A DNA stretch of 64,000 bases, taken from Bacteroidales bacterium (GTDB lineage: Bacteria; Bacteroidota; Bacteroidia; Bacteroidales; WCHB1-69). Under the pieces are notes generated by a model. The model was not told where the DNA came from. It searched no databases and saw nothing but the letters and a program-made list of their open reading frames with translations. Within the stretch, counting starts at the first letter, position 1. Each line of letters opens with the position of its first letter. This document shows, piece after piece, positions 28,261 through 37,121 of this stretch. The translations under genes and the position numbers were made by a program. The stretch covers positions 763 to 64,762 of the forward strand of contig JAFYEU010000099.1 in NCBI GenBank assembly GCA_017544105.1. Direction: 5' to 3'.

Positions 28261-28480
28261 AGTTAGATAATAGTTAATAGTTATGGGTAGTTCGGGGCTA
28301 ACAGCTAATAGCAAACGGCCAAAGTTCAAAGTTCAATGTCAAGGTTAGGAGGTTAGAAGGTTAAAAGGTTAGCGGGTTAATGGGTCAAAGTTCAATGTCA
28401 ACGTCAAGGTTATGGTTTTGACGGCCAACAGCCAACAGCTAATGGCCAACGGCCAACAGCCAACAGCCAAAGTTCAAAGT
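28261..28480. repeat. Composite 7-/8-nt periodic tract array (AGTTNNN, GGTTARNN, GCCAACN, AAAGTTC)
   Basis: agttaga taatagt taatagt tatgggt agttcgg ggctaac agctaat; ggttagga ggttagaa ggttaaaa ggttagcg ggttaatg; ccaacag ccaacag ctaatgg ccaacgg ccaacag ccaacag. The aaagttcaaagttcaatgtcaa motif occurs three times. Confidence 0.85.
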
Positions 28481-28487
28481 TTTTTTA

Positions 28488-28495
28488 TATCTTTG
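28488..28495 (+). promoter_or_regulatory. Bacteroidota -7 box (tatctttg) for SPFH-ROK-ABC genes
   Basis: TAnnTTTG match 80 nt upstream of the ATG at 28576. Confidence 0.55.
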
Positions 28496-28575
28496 CCGCT
28501 TCTTCAAATGATTCAGTGTATGAAGCTGGAGAAATACAAATCAGATAAAAATCAACAACGCAAATATTTAAAATC

Positions 28576-29373
28576 ATGGCATACGCACAACAATCTACCA
28601 GCAAATTTTTCAAATGGATGCGCTACTCCTTATTGGGCTTTGTGGTGCTCATCACCATCTTCAGCTCATTCTATACGGTGAAGTCCACCGAGCGCGGTGT
28701 GCTTTCCACCTTCGGCAAGATCCAGGACAAGGCGGTCGGCGACGGCCTGCATATCAAGATCCCCTTTATCCAGCATGTGCAGAAGGTCAATGTGCAACAG
28801 AAGAAGTTCGACGGCACGGAGAACTCCTATACGCGCGACGTGCAGACATCCGAGGTTACCTACACCATCAACTATGACCTGGTGACCGAGAATGTCAGCC
28901 TGCTGATCAAGAAGGTGGGCAACGACTACCACACGCGCATCGTGGAGCCCTACATCCGCAGCGCCGTCAAGAGCAGTTTCGGTAACTTCAACGCCACCCA
29001 GATCGTGGAGAACCGCGACAAGGTGCGGGCTCAGATAGAGACGAAACTGCGGGAGACCCTCGACCAACGCTATTTCACCAACATCCATTTCCAGCTGGTC
29101 AACATCGACTTTGACGACCAGTTCGAGACAGCCATCAAGGAGAAGCAGGTGGCCGAACAGAACGCCCTGAAAGCCAAGAATGTGACCATCCAGATTGAGG
29201 AGCAGGCCAAGCAGACCAAGATCAAGGCCGAAGCCGAGGCGGAAGCTATACGCATCAAGGCCAATGCTTTGGAGAAGAATCCCAAGCTGGTGGAATATGA
29301 GGCTGTGCAGAAGTGGGATGGCAAGCTGCCCGAATACACAGGCGGTGCCGTGCCGTTTATCAATATTAAGTAA
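28576..29373 (+). CDS. SPFH/band-7 (prohibitin-like) membrane protein
   Basis: N-terminal TM segment followed by the SPFH core (YTVKSTERGVLSTFGKI...GLHIKIPFIQ.V.KVNV) and a coiled-coil tail (EQAKQTKIKAEAEAEAIRIKA). Confidence 0.85.
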   Translation: MAYAQQSTSKFFKWMRYSLLGFVVLITIFSSFYTVKSTERGVLSTFGKIQDKAVGDGLHIKIPFIQHVQKVNVQQKKFDGTENSYTRDVQTSEVTYTINYDLVTENVSLLIKKVGNDYHTRIVEPYIRSAVKSSFGNFNATQIVENRDKVRAQIETKLRETLDQRYFTNIHFQLVNIDFDDQFETAIKEKQVAEQNALKAKNVTIQIEEQAKQTKIKAEAEAEAIRIKANALEKNPKLVEYEAVQKWDGKLPEYTGGAVPFINIK

Positions 29374-29408
29374 ATAATCTTATCAACCATAAATAATTGT
29401 AATCCATT

Positions 29409-30515
29409 ATGTACGACAACGATAAAAGAATAGTGGTGACTATGGATGCCGGCGGTACCTTCTTCCGCTTCGGTGCCATTCAAGGCAACAAACCTATGAT
29501 GGAAGAGATTACTTTCCCTTCCGAATCGCGTAATCTTGAAAAATGTCTGAACACCATCGTGAACGGCTTCGGGGCTGTCATGTCCCGCCTGCCGGAGAAG
29601 CCCGTGGCTATCAGCTTCGCCTTCCCGGGACCGGCCGACTATCCCAACGGCATCTTCCCGACCCTGCTGACCAACTTCCCCTGCTTTGCGGAGGGAGTGG
29701 CGCTGGGACCGTTCCTCGAGTCTAAGTTCAACCTGCCGGTCTTCATCAACAACGATGCCGACCTCTTCACCTATGGCGAAGCCCTGGAGGGCCTGCTGCC
29801 CCATGTGAACAGCGTGCTCAAAGAGCGGGGCAGCGCCAAGGTCTATCGCAACATGGTCGGCTTTATCCTCGGCACCGGCTTTGGCATCGGCATCACGACC
29901 AACAACCAGATGTATATCGGCGACAACTGCTGCTCCGAGATCTACTGCACCCCCAATAAGCTGGAACCCGAGCTGATCGTGGAGGAGGGCGTGTCGGCGC
30001 GTGCCGTGCTGCACAACTACCGCCTCTTTGCCAACGATCCCAAGGCGGCCGACTATACCGACTCGTACGACATCTACCAGATTGCCGACGGCACCAAACC
30101 TGGCGACCAGGCAGCGGCGCTGAAGGCCTTCGCCCGTTTCGGAGAGGTGGCCGGCAACACCATCGCCAACGCTGTCTGTATGCTCGATGGCATCATCGTC
30201 CTGGGTGGTGGCGTCTCCAAATCGCACAAGATCTATATGCCTGCCCTGCTGCGCGAACTGCGTACGAAACTGACCACCCGCACCGGCATCGCCATCCAGC
30301 GCGTGCCCTCCTACGTCTATAACCTGGAAGACGAGGCCGAACTCGACCGCTTCATCCAAGGCGAACAACGCGAGATCCCCGTCTTCGGCACCGACCGTAC
30401 CGTGAAGTGCGATGTCCAGAAACGCCTCGCCATCGGCATCTCCCGTCTGGGCACTACACAGGCCACGACCATCGGCGCCTACTGCTTCGCCCTCCATAAA
30501 CTCGACGAAAAATAG
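29409..30515 (+). CDS. ROK family sugar kinase/regulator-like protein
   Basis: DAGGT phosphate-1 motif (VTMDAGGTFFRFG), ISFAFPGPADY, INNDADLFTYGEA and GTGFGIG. Confidence 0.8.
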   Translation: MYDNDKRIVVTMDAGGTFFRFGAIQGNKPMMEEITFPSESRNLEKCLNTIVNGFGAVMSRLPEKPVAISFAFPGPADYPNGIFPTLLTNFPCFAEGVALGPFLESKFNLPVFINNDADLFTYGEALEGLLPHVNSVLKERGSAKVYRNMVGFILGTGFGIGITTNNQMYIGDNCCSEIYCTPNKLEPELIVEEGVSARAVLHNYRLFANDPKAADYTDSYDIYQIADGTKPGDQAAALKAFARFGEVAGNTIANAVCMLDGIIVLGGGVSKSHKIYMPALLRELRTKLTTRTGIAIQRVPSYVYNLEDEAELDRFIQGEQREIPVFGTDRTVKCDVQKRLAIGISRLGTTQATTIGAYCFALHKLDEK

Positions 30516-30557
30516 CCAACGGCTAATAGCCAATGGCCAATAGCCAACAGCTAACAG
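30513..30557. repeat. Heptamer tract (RGCYAAY x6) filling the ROK-ABC intergenic gap
   Basis: agccaac ggctaat agccaat ggccaat agccaac agctaac. It runs from the ROK stop codon to 2 nt before the ABC ATG. Confidence 0.85.
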
Positions 30558-30558
30558 T

Positions 30559-32412
30559 ATGAATAAACAAGAAAAACGGAAGGACAATCCCCAGAATGTC
30601 GATGGTATCGAGGGCAAGATGACCCTGGGCGAACTGCTCAAGAACATCTTCCCGTTTGTCAAACCCTACAAATGGCTGGTGACCGCCACGCTGATCTTCA
30701 CCTTCGTCAGCTCCCTGATGGCACAGGTCAATGCGGTGGTCCTTGACCGCGCCGTGGATGCCATCAACGAACTGTTGCAGCAAGGCAGCTTCCTCTGGAG
30801 CGCCGCCGCCAAGATCCTGATCACCATCAGCGTCATCCTGCTGGCCAAGGAGGTGATTGCCGCCTTGCTGACCTTCTCCCAGCGCTATTTCGGCGAGAAG
30901 ATGCGCATCATGGTCAGCCGCGACCTCTCCCTGCGCGTCATCGACAAGATCCTCTCCTTCCGCATGGCCTTCTACTCCTCGGATGTCAATGAGCCCGGCA
31001 AGCTGCAGTCGCGTATCGACCGCGGCGTGAGCAGCCTCAGCAGCACCGTCAACAACCTCTTCATCGAAATCCTGCCGCTCTTCACCAGTGCCATCCTGGC
31101 CCTGATCTTGATGTTCATGGCCAATGTGTATGTGGGCTTGGTAGCACTCTGTATTGTGCCCATCTATTTCTATATCACCTATTTGCAGGCGAAACATCTG
31201 AAAGGCTGGCGCCGCGGCATTTTCGGAAGCCACCAGGCACTGAGCCAGGGCATCCTCAACATAATCGAGAGCATCACCGTCATCAAGTCCTTCAACCGCG
31301 AGGATATTGAGGCGAAACGCCAGGCCACCTTGCAACAGCAGATCACGGACCAGCAGATGACTACCCGCCGGCTAAGCTATATCTACAATGGCGTGAAGTC
31401 GTTTGTGGAACAAATCGGCACGGTGCTCATCATCATCCTGACCGCCTACTTGGTGCTGATCCATTACCCGGGCATGAGCATCGGTAAGATCATGTACCAC
31501 GTGCTGCTCTTCAACAATGTAAGCGCCCCCATCCGTCAACTGCACCGTATCTATGACGATATGAACGACGCGCTCATCTATGCCGAGGGCTTCTTTGGCA
31601 TCCTTCATGATGAAAAGGAGATAGAGGATCGAGGCCACTATCGTCCTGAAAAGGTGGTGGGCAATTTCGAGATCAGCGGGGTGGACTTCACCTACGGCAA
31701 CGGCACCCAGGCGCTGTTTGATGTCAGCATGAACATTGAACCGGGCAAGATCACCGCGTTGGTCGGGCTGAGCGGCGCGGGCAAGAGCACCGTCGTCAAC
31801 CTGCTCGACAAGTTCTATGAGCCCGACTGCGGCAGCATCAAGCTGGACGGGGTTGATTTGCGGGATTGGGATACGCAGTGGCTGCGCGACAACGTGGGAC
31901 TGGTGTTGCAGAAGAATCACATCTTCAGCGGCACGATTGAGGAGAACATCCGATATGGCTGTCCGAATGCTACCTTCGAGGAGGTGGAGGAGGCAGCCAA
32001 GAAAGCCTATATCTACGACCAGATTGTCCAGCTGCCCAATGGATTCCAGTCGCAAGCCCTGCAGCTGAGTGGCGGCCAACAGCAACGTATCGCCATCGCC
32101 CGTATGTTCATCAAGAACCCGCCCATCATCTTCCTCGACGAGCCGACGGCCAGTCTGGATGCCATCGCCACGGAACAGATCAAGGCCAGCATCGACGCCA
32201 TCAAGGCGGGCCGCACGGTCATCATCATCTCCCACAACATCGGGCAGATTATCGATGCCGACAAGATTTTTGTCTTGCAGAAAGGCCATCTGGAGCAGTC
32301 TGGCACGCCCGATGAGGTCTATCGCCAGGGCGGCATCTACAAGGAGATTCTCGACTCCAGCGCCCGCAGCATGAATGTGGACAAAATCGCGCACACGATA
32401 GAAGGAGAGTAA
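30559..32412 (+). CDS. ABC transporter, fused permease/ATPase (type I exporter, MsbA-like)
   Basis: Six-TM N-terminal half. Walker A is GLSGAGKST, the signature is LSGGQQQR, and Walker B is IIFLDEPT. Confidence 0.9.
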   Translation: MNKQEKRKDNPQNVDGIEGKMTLGELLKNIFPFVKPYKWLVTATLIFTFVSSLMAQVNAVVLDRAVDAINELLQQGSFLWSAAAKILITISVILLAKEVIAALLTFSQRYFGEKMRIMVSRDLSLRVIDKILSFRMAFYSSDVNEPGKLQSRIDRGVSSLSSTVNNLFIEILPLFTSAILALILMFMANVYVGLVALCIVPIYFYITYLQAKHLKGWRRGIFGSHQALSQGILNIIESITVIKSFNREDIEAKRQATLQQQITDQQMTTRRLSYIYNGVKSFVEQIGTVLIIILTAYLVLIHYPGMSIGKIMYHVLLFNNVSAPIRQLHRIYDDMNDALIYAEGFFGILHDEKEIEDRGHYRPEKVVGNFEISGVDFTYGNGTQALFDVSMNIEPGKITALVGLSGAGKSTVVNLLDKFYEPDCGSIKLDGVDLRDWDTQWLRDNVGLVLQKNHIFSGTIEENIRYGCPNATFEEVEEAAKKAYIYDQIVQLPNGFQSQALQLSGGQQQRIAIARMFIKNPPIIFLDEPTASLDAIATEQIKASIDAIKAGRTVIIISHNIGQIIDADKIFVLQKGHLEQSGTPDEVYRQGGIYKEILDSSARSMNVDKIAHTIEGE

Positions 32413-32609
32413 GGATAGGTACAATACGGCCGACCAAAGATGACATCAACACGCGAGTCCTGTCAAGTAGGTAAGTATCTCCTGTTGTCGTTGTTTTTTC
32501 AGACGGAGAGTTATGGTGGAATTCGATACTTATAAGAACCGTTTATGGATGAACAATAAGTGTCTGTTTTAAAATTAAATTTCTTCTTTCTTCGTGTCAT
32601 AGAATTGAT

Positions 32610-32617
32610 TATTTTTG
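32610..32617 (+). promoter_or_regulatory. Bacteroidota -7 box (tatttttg) for CNNM gene
   Basis: TAnnTTTG match 36 nt upstream of the ATG at 32653. Confidence 0.55.
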
Positions 32618-32652
32618 CCGCCGATTTATAAAGATTTTTTTTCTATTCATAA

Positions 32653-33696
32653 ATGATCGTTCTGCTGGCTTTTCTCCTTGGCACTTTGATTGTGTCGTTC
32701 TGCTGCTCCCTGTTGGAGTCGGTGCTGCTTTCCACGCCGATTTCCTATATTTCCATGCGGGAAGAGGAGGGGGATCCTAATGCGGTGCTGATGATGAAAA
32801 TGAAGGAGGAGTCGGACAGACCGCTGGCCGCTATCCTGTCGCTCAACACCATTGCCAATACGATTGGTGCCGCAGGTGTGGGCCATCAGACAACACTCCT
32901 TTTGGGCAACCACTGGTTTGGCATCATCTCGGCCGCCATGACCCTTCTCATCCTGATTTTTTCAGAGATCATCCCCAAAACGATAGGTACGATCTATTAC
33001 CGTAAGTTCCTGTGGCTTGCCAAGCCGATGAACGCCCTGATATATATTCTGTTCCCTATTGTGAAGTTGATGGAACTCTTCAGCTATCTGATTTCCAGAA
33101 ATGAGGACGACCAGGCGGTGGTCAGCCGTGATGAGGTGTCCGCCATGGCTAATATCGGCGAGGAGGAGGGTGTGATCGACGAGTCGGAGAACAAGGTGAT
33201 CCAGAATATCATCCAACTCGATAATATCAAGGCTTACGATGTGATGACCCCACGTGTGGTGGCGGCCATCGCCAGTGAGAACCTCTCTCTGCAAGACTTT
33301 TACAAGGATGAGGAATTGTCGCCCTATTCCCGTATTCCCGTCTATGCCGAGTCGCCGGATTATATCACCGGATATGTGCTCCGTAACGATGTGCTGGAAC
33401 TCTTGGCGGAGGATAAGTTCGACACGCCGCTGAGCGAGGTGAGACGCGAGATCGTCTCGTTCAATGAGGAGACCACGATCGGCGATATCTGGGACTCCTT
33501 CCAGAGTACGAACGACCATATCGCCGTGGTTATTGACGATTACGGCAGCTTCCAGGGTATCATCACGTTGGAGGATGTCATTGAGACCATCCTGGGCCTG
33601 GAGATCGTGGATGAGAACGACGAGATTGCCGATATGCAGCAATACGCCAAGGAGCGCTGGGAGAAGTTGAAAAGCCAGCGGACGGAGCATCCATAA
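32653..33696 (+). CDS. CNNM/DUF21 transmembrane domain protein with CBS pair (hemolysin-family/CorB-like)
   Basis: DUF21 N-terminus (CCSLLESVLLS...LNTIANTIGAAG...EIIPKT) followed by a CBS pair (AYDVMTPRV...VVIDDYGSFQGIITLEDV). Confidence 0.8.
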   Translation: MIVLLAFLLGTLIVSFCCSLLESVLLSTPISYISMREEEGDPNAVLMMKMKEESDRPLAAILSLNTIANTIGAAGVGHQTTLLLGNHWFGIISAAMTLLILIFSEIIPKTIGTIYYRKFLWLAKPMNALIYILFPIVKLMELFSYLISRNEDDQAVVSRDEVSAMANIGEEEGVIDESENKVIQNIIQLDNIKAYDVMTPRVVAAIASENLSLQDFYKDEELSPYSRIPVYAESPDYITGYVLRNDVLELLAEDKFDTPLSEVRREIVSFNEETTIGDIWDSFQSTNDHIAVVIDDYGSFQGIITLEDVIETILGLEIVDENDEIADMQQYAKERWEKLKSQRTEHP

Positions 33697-33734
33697 TTTT
33701 TTGGCCCTTTCTTGCATAGTTAAAATTTTTTTAT

Positions 33735-33742
33735 TATTTTTG
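33735..33742 (+). promoter_or_regulatory. Bacteroidota -7 box (tatttttg)
   Basis: TAnnTTTG match 29 nt upstream of the ATG at 33771. Confidence 0.5.
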
Positions 33743-33770
33743 CATTTTGAAACAAATAATTAAAAATGCA

Positions 33771-34433
33771 ATGAAAACTACTGTCACTAATCAAAACTAC
33801 GCAAGGCCACAGGATGAAATTTGGGCTTTGCAGAAACAATTCCGGGAGGACATGGAGAAACTTAGGGAGAGCATGCAAGAAACGGATCGACGTATGCAGG
33901 AAACGGATCGGATGATCAAAGCACTCCACGAAGAGAACTTGAGAACAGAAGCGTATATCAAGGACACAGATCGGCAATTGCGGGAGAACATGAACCTGCT
34001 CACGACACGGTTTACCTCTCAGGCTGGTCATATCATTGAAGGACTGATGGAGCCCTCCACTGTTAAGATGTTTCAGGACAGGGGTTATGCGATTAACCGT
34101 TGTTGGAAGAATTTCAAAAAGTACAACAAGGGGATGGGCAAAAAACTGGAAGTGGATCTTCTGCTCTTGGACGACGATGTCGCAATCATTACAGAAGTGA
34201 AAATAAACTGTACCAAAAAGGAGATCGATCATTTCATTGATCAGATGAAACTTTTTAAAGAGATATGTCCCGAATATGCCGACAAGAAGATCTTTTTGGC
34301 TGTGGCAGGGGTCAATTTTGAGCGTGATTCTGATCTGTATGCACACCAAAGAGGATTGTTTGTCATCCGTGTCTCCAACGATGACATCTTCACCCTCGAT
34401 CCCTCCGAAGGTGATGTGCTGACCACTCTATAG
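33771..34433 (+). CDS. Coiled-coil + PD-(D/E)xK-like nuclease-fold protein (DUF3782-like)
   Basis: I placed the start at ATG 33771, because the ORF-track TTG at 33747 lies just 5 nt past the -7 box, within or before the likely transcription start. The N-terminal coiled coil contains a 21-bp tandem duplication (33873-33914; QETDRRM/QETDRMI). The C-terminal core EVDLLLLDDDVAIITEVK fits a D...E.K nuclease fold. The region is visibly AT-rich. Confidence 0.5.
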   Translation: MKTTVTNQNYARPQDEIWALQKQFREDMEKLRESMQETDRRMQETDRMIKALHEENLRTEAYIKDTDRQLRENMNLLTTRFTSQAGHIIEGLMEPSTVKMFQDRGYAINRCWKNFKKYNKGMGKKLEVDLLLLDDDVAIITEVKINCTKKEIDHFIDQMKLFKEICPEYADKKIFLAVAGVNFERDSDLYAHQRGLFVIRVSNDDIFTLDPSEGDVLTTL

Positions 34434-34445
34434 AATGAAAAGAGC

Positions 34446-35309
34446 CTATTTGGTGGCTATGCTTCTGGTGTGAAGCAGTTCTTTGCCCGCCAAGGTGAGC
34501 ATTGGTTCGATGGTGGAGTAGGGGAGTTTGCAGGAGGGCATGCCGACAACGTAGGGCGCAATCTCATATAGTTGATAAACGAAGAAAACGCCATCTTTCG
34601 TAAAATAGGGCGGGTACTCCGGCAACGGCAGGGTTGTATAGTAGTCATACATCGAGTTCCGGAATTCGGCGGTGTCATTCTCGAAAAAGTCTTTGAGCAG
34701 TTCCTTCTTCAAGATCGAAGCCAGGTTGTCCAGCTCTTCGTTCTGAAAGAAGTCAAGTCCTACACGCCGTCCATCCGATTTGCGGAAGGTCTGCCCGTGG
34801 GCGACACGCCAGCCGTGGGCTCCACCGGAATAGCCCTGCTCATAATAATTGTAGGTCACATATTGGTCAGTCTCGTGAATCTTCTCGATCTGGATGTCGG
34901 TGTCAAAGACCATCCCCTCTATGAAGGCTGAATCTTCTGCGCCGAAGTCTTTGGCGCAGTCATTCAGGTCTTGGAGGGCCTGTTGTGCATAATGGGTCAG
35001 CATGGCCTTTCCATTGTCAGGTGTGCCAGTGAAGGAGCCGCCCAGCTGCTCCGATATCCATTCGCGAATGCTGTTGACGACCAGGAAGTTCCCGTCTGTT
35101 GGAAAATCAGCCTTGACGCTTACTTTGGCGGGAATGCTATATTGTCGCATGGAGTCGATGATAGCGATGGAGTCTGTGGTCACCTCGCCGCCGGCAAGCT
35201 GTGCCAACGAGGTGATGCCGTTCAGCGCGTTGGTCTCCACGCGGTGTTTGCAACCGCTGCACCAGATCAGACTGGTAAAGGCCAACAATAGCAGGAAATA
35301 GTTTCTCAT
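34446..35309 (-). CDS. DUF3298/DUF4163 domain lipoprotein
   Basis: Lipobox LIWCSGC and the DUF3298 hallmark YSGGAHGW. Confidence 0.7.
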   Translation of the reverse strand: MRNYFLLLLAFTSLIWCSGCKHRVETNALNGITSLAQLAGGEVTTDSIAIIDSMRQYSIPAKVSVKADFPTDGNFLVVNSIREWISEQLGGSFTGTPDNGKAMLTHYAQQALQDLNDCAKDFGAEDSAFIEGMVFDTDIQIEKIHETDQYVTYNYYEQGYSGGAHGWRVAHGQTFRKSDGRRVGLDFFQNEELDNLASILKKELLKDFFENDTAEFRNSMYDYYTTLPLPEYPPYFTKDGVFFVYQLYEIAPYVVGMPSCKLPYSTIEPMLTLAGKELLHTRSIATK

Positions 35310-35319
35310 AGGGCAGGTG

Positions 35320-35922
35320 TTATTCTGTGAATACCGCTTCTCTTCCGCATTGGGCCAGAAAAGTGGTGATGGTTTCTTTGGCGATTTGTTTGGATTTCTT
35401 GCGGTTTTCCGCGGTGTTGTATTTCTTGGCCACCTTGCGCTCCACCTCCTTGATCAGAGGCTTGGCGTCAAAGCTGACCGCATGCTCCTCGTTTTCGCTG
35501 TCGGAGGTGAACCAGCTGCTCAAGGTCGATTGATGAAACTCTATGGCGGGAAGGGTCACAAAGACCTTGTTGGAGCCCTCTTCGGGATCTTCCGTGTAGG
35601 TGACCTTGTCCAAGTCCAGAGTGAAGTTTACCTGTTGGCGCAGCACCTGTACACAGTCGTGCTCTTTCTTCAAGATACCCTTGTCTTTGCCCAAGATGCT
35701 GCTCCCGAGGCCACTGCCCATGAAGGAGCCCTTGGCATACTCCTCGGTGATGGTGGAGTAAAGGTAGAGGATGCCGGTGGGACGCACGGATTCCACAGAG
35801 GCTATGGTGGGCTTCAGGGTGATCTCCTCGGTGTGGGAACGCCGGCTAATCATCCAAATCAACAGGATAAACGACACGACAAAGAGTGCGATGATGCCGA
35901 TTTTAAGACCTTTTCGTTTCAT
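35320..35922 (-). CDS. DUF4230-like membrane-anchored protein
   Basis: Single N-terminal TM and about 200 aa. A paralogous architecture sits directly upstream, with a 4-nt overlap. Confidence 0.5.
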   Translation of the reverse strand: MKRKGLKIGIIALFVVSFILLIWMISRRSHTEEITLKPTIASVESVRPTGILYLYSTITEEYAKGSFMGSGLGSSILGKDKGILKKEHDCVQVLRQQVNFTLDLDKVTYTEDPEEGSNKVFVTLPAIEFHQSTLSSWFTSDSENEEHAVSFDAKPLIKEVERKVAKKYNTAENRKKSKQIAKETITTFLAQCGREAVFTE

Positions 35923-36578
35923 GGCTGACTGTTTTGGGTGACAAACTTAGGCGTGAGTCCCATAGGACGCAGCATGGAGGTGAAGACTATCTCTATGTTT
36001 TGCACAATCTCATCGGAGAAGCTGTTCTTGAGTTGCTTTTCGTCGGCAATCACATCCTGGAAGGCCATGGTCTTGACCTGCTGCATGGTGGATTCCCCCA
36101 CCTTCTTGCGTTTTCCGGTGGTGAGGGCGACCACCTCCTGGTGGTTGCTGACGGGCTCAAAAGAACGATCGATGATCTTTGGCTGGGGAAGACGAATCAG
36201 GACGGTGTCATGAGGAAGTAACTGCACATCGTTGGGCTTCATGTCGTTCAAGTCGATGCCATACAGGATCTTGATGTCCACCGGGATGACGCAGAGGCGC
36301 GTGCCCAACTTCCAGGTCGCGGGGTTGATGGAGACGAACTCGGTGCCAGACTCATAGATGCCGATCTTGCGGATGGTGATCTCGGTGGAGGCAATCTTGT
36401 TCTGTCGCTGCAGCATCGTCAGCAACTCTTTGGAAGAGGGGGCGGCAGAGGCGAGCGACTTGAGGTTCTTCTTCGGCGGCAAGCGGAAAGCGACAAACAG
36501 CATGATCCCGCTGACCAGAAGGAGGAGCAGGTAGGGGAGAATGCTTTTGAAAGTTCCTTTGGAGCCGTTGGCGTTCAT
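35919..36578 (-). CDS. DUF4230-like membrane-anchored protein
   Basis: I placed the start at MNANGSKG (ATG 36578), which avoids overlap with the upstream stop at 36583. The sequence has an N-terminal TM followed by an alpha/beta region. Confidence 0.5.
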   Translation of the reverse strand: MNANGSKGTFKSILPYLLLLLVSGIMLFVAFRLPPKKNLKSLASAAPSSKELLTMLQRQNKIASTEITIRKIGIYESGTEFVSINPATWKLGTRLCVIPVDIKILYGIDLNDMKPNDVQLLPHDTVLIRLPQPKIIDRSFEPVSNHQEVVALTTGKRKKVGESTMQQVKTMAFQDVIADEKQLKNSFSDEIVQNIEIVFTSMLRPMGLTPKFVTQNSQP

Positions 36579-36582
36579 CCTG

Positions 36583-37116
36583 TTAGTTTTTGATTTTGAG
36601 ACGGCGTACCAGATACTGCCCAAGGCACAACAAGAGAGCGATTCCCAGTACGGTGATCAGAATCGGATAGAAAGAAGAGGTGCTGACTCCCAGGCGCTTG
36701 GCATTCTTCTGGGCGTAGCTCAATCCGGCCTGCACGTTCTGGATGAGGGCGTTGGATGAGTAGGTGGCCCCGCTGACGGCATCTACCTTCAGCTTGACTG
36801 CCTCGGAAATCTTCTTGCCTTCCCAGGACTTCAGGATGACGGCTGCGCGCTGGAAGAAACTCGGCGTCTCCTCGTTAGGCAGGGCGACCACCTTCTGTAC
36901 CTTGCCGCTCTTGATGTATATCTCGACTGGCGTGGTGCCGTTAAAACCAAAGACATTCTTGCACAAGGGGGTCGTGTTGATGATTAGGGTGCCGTTGTTG
37001 TCATACCGTACCGTGTCGTTCTTCAGCAGGGAATGGTGGGCTGCATGGCCCATGACAGGTCCTGCTAACAGTAGAACGAACAGAGGGAGCAAGATGCGTT
37101 TAAATAGCTGTTTCAT
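36583..37116 (-). CDS. FMN-binding domain protein with C-terminal TM anchor
   Basis: Has a signal peptide. The FMN_bind flavinylation-type motif is VDAVSGATYSS. A C-terminal hydrophobic helix reads FYPILITVLGIALLLCLGQYL. Confidence 0.7.
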   Translation of the reverse strand: MKQLFKRILLPLFVLLLAGPVMGHAAHHSLLKNDTVRYDNNGTLIINTTPLCKNVFGFNGTTPVEIYIKSGKVQKVVALPNEETPSFFQRAAVILKSWEGKKISEAVKLKVDAVSGATYSSNALIQNVQAGLSYAQKNAKRLGVSTSSFYPILITVLGIALLLCLGQYLVRRLKIKN

Positions 37117-37121
37117 AATGA

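Noticed and set aside
28261-28480. The periodic tracts as a CRISPR array.
   Set aside because: The units are 7-8 nt and contiguous, with no spacers, no 25-40 nt repeats, and no cas genes in the window.
28412-28681. ORF encoding MVLTANSQQLMANGQQPTAKVQ...
   Set aside because: It is a translation of the heptamer tracts and runs across the -7 box and the start of the SPFH gene. It is not credible as a protein.
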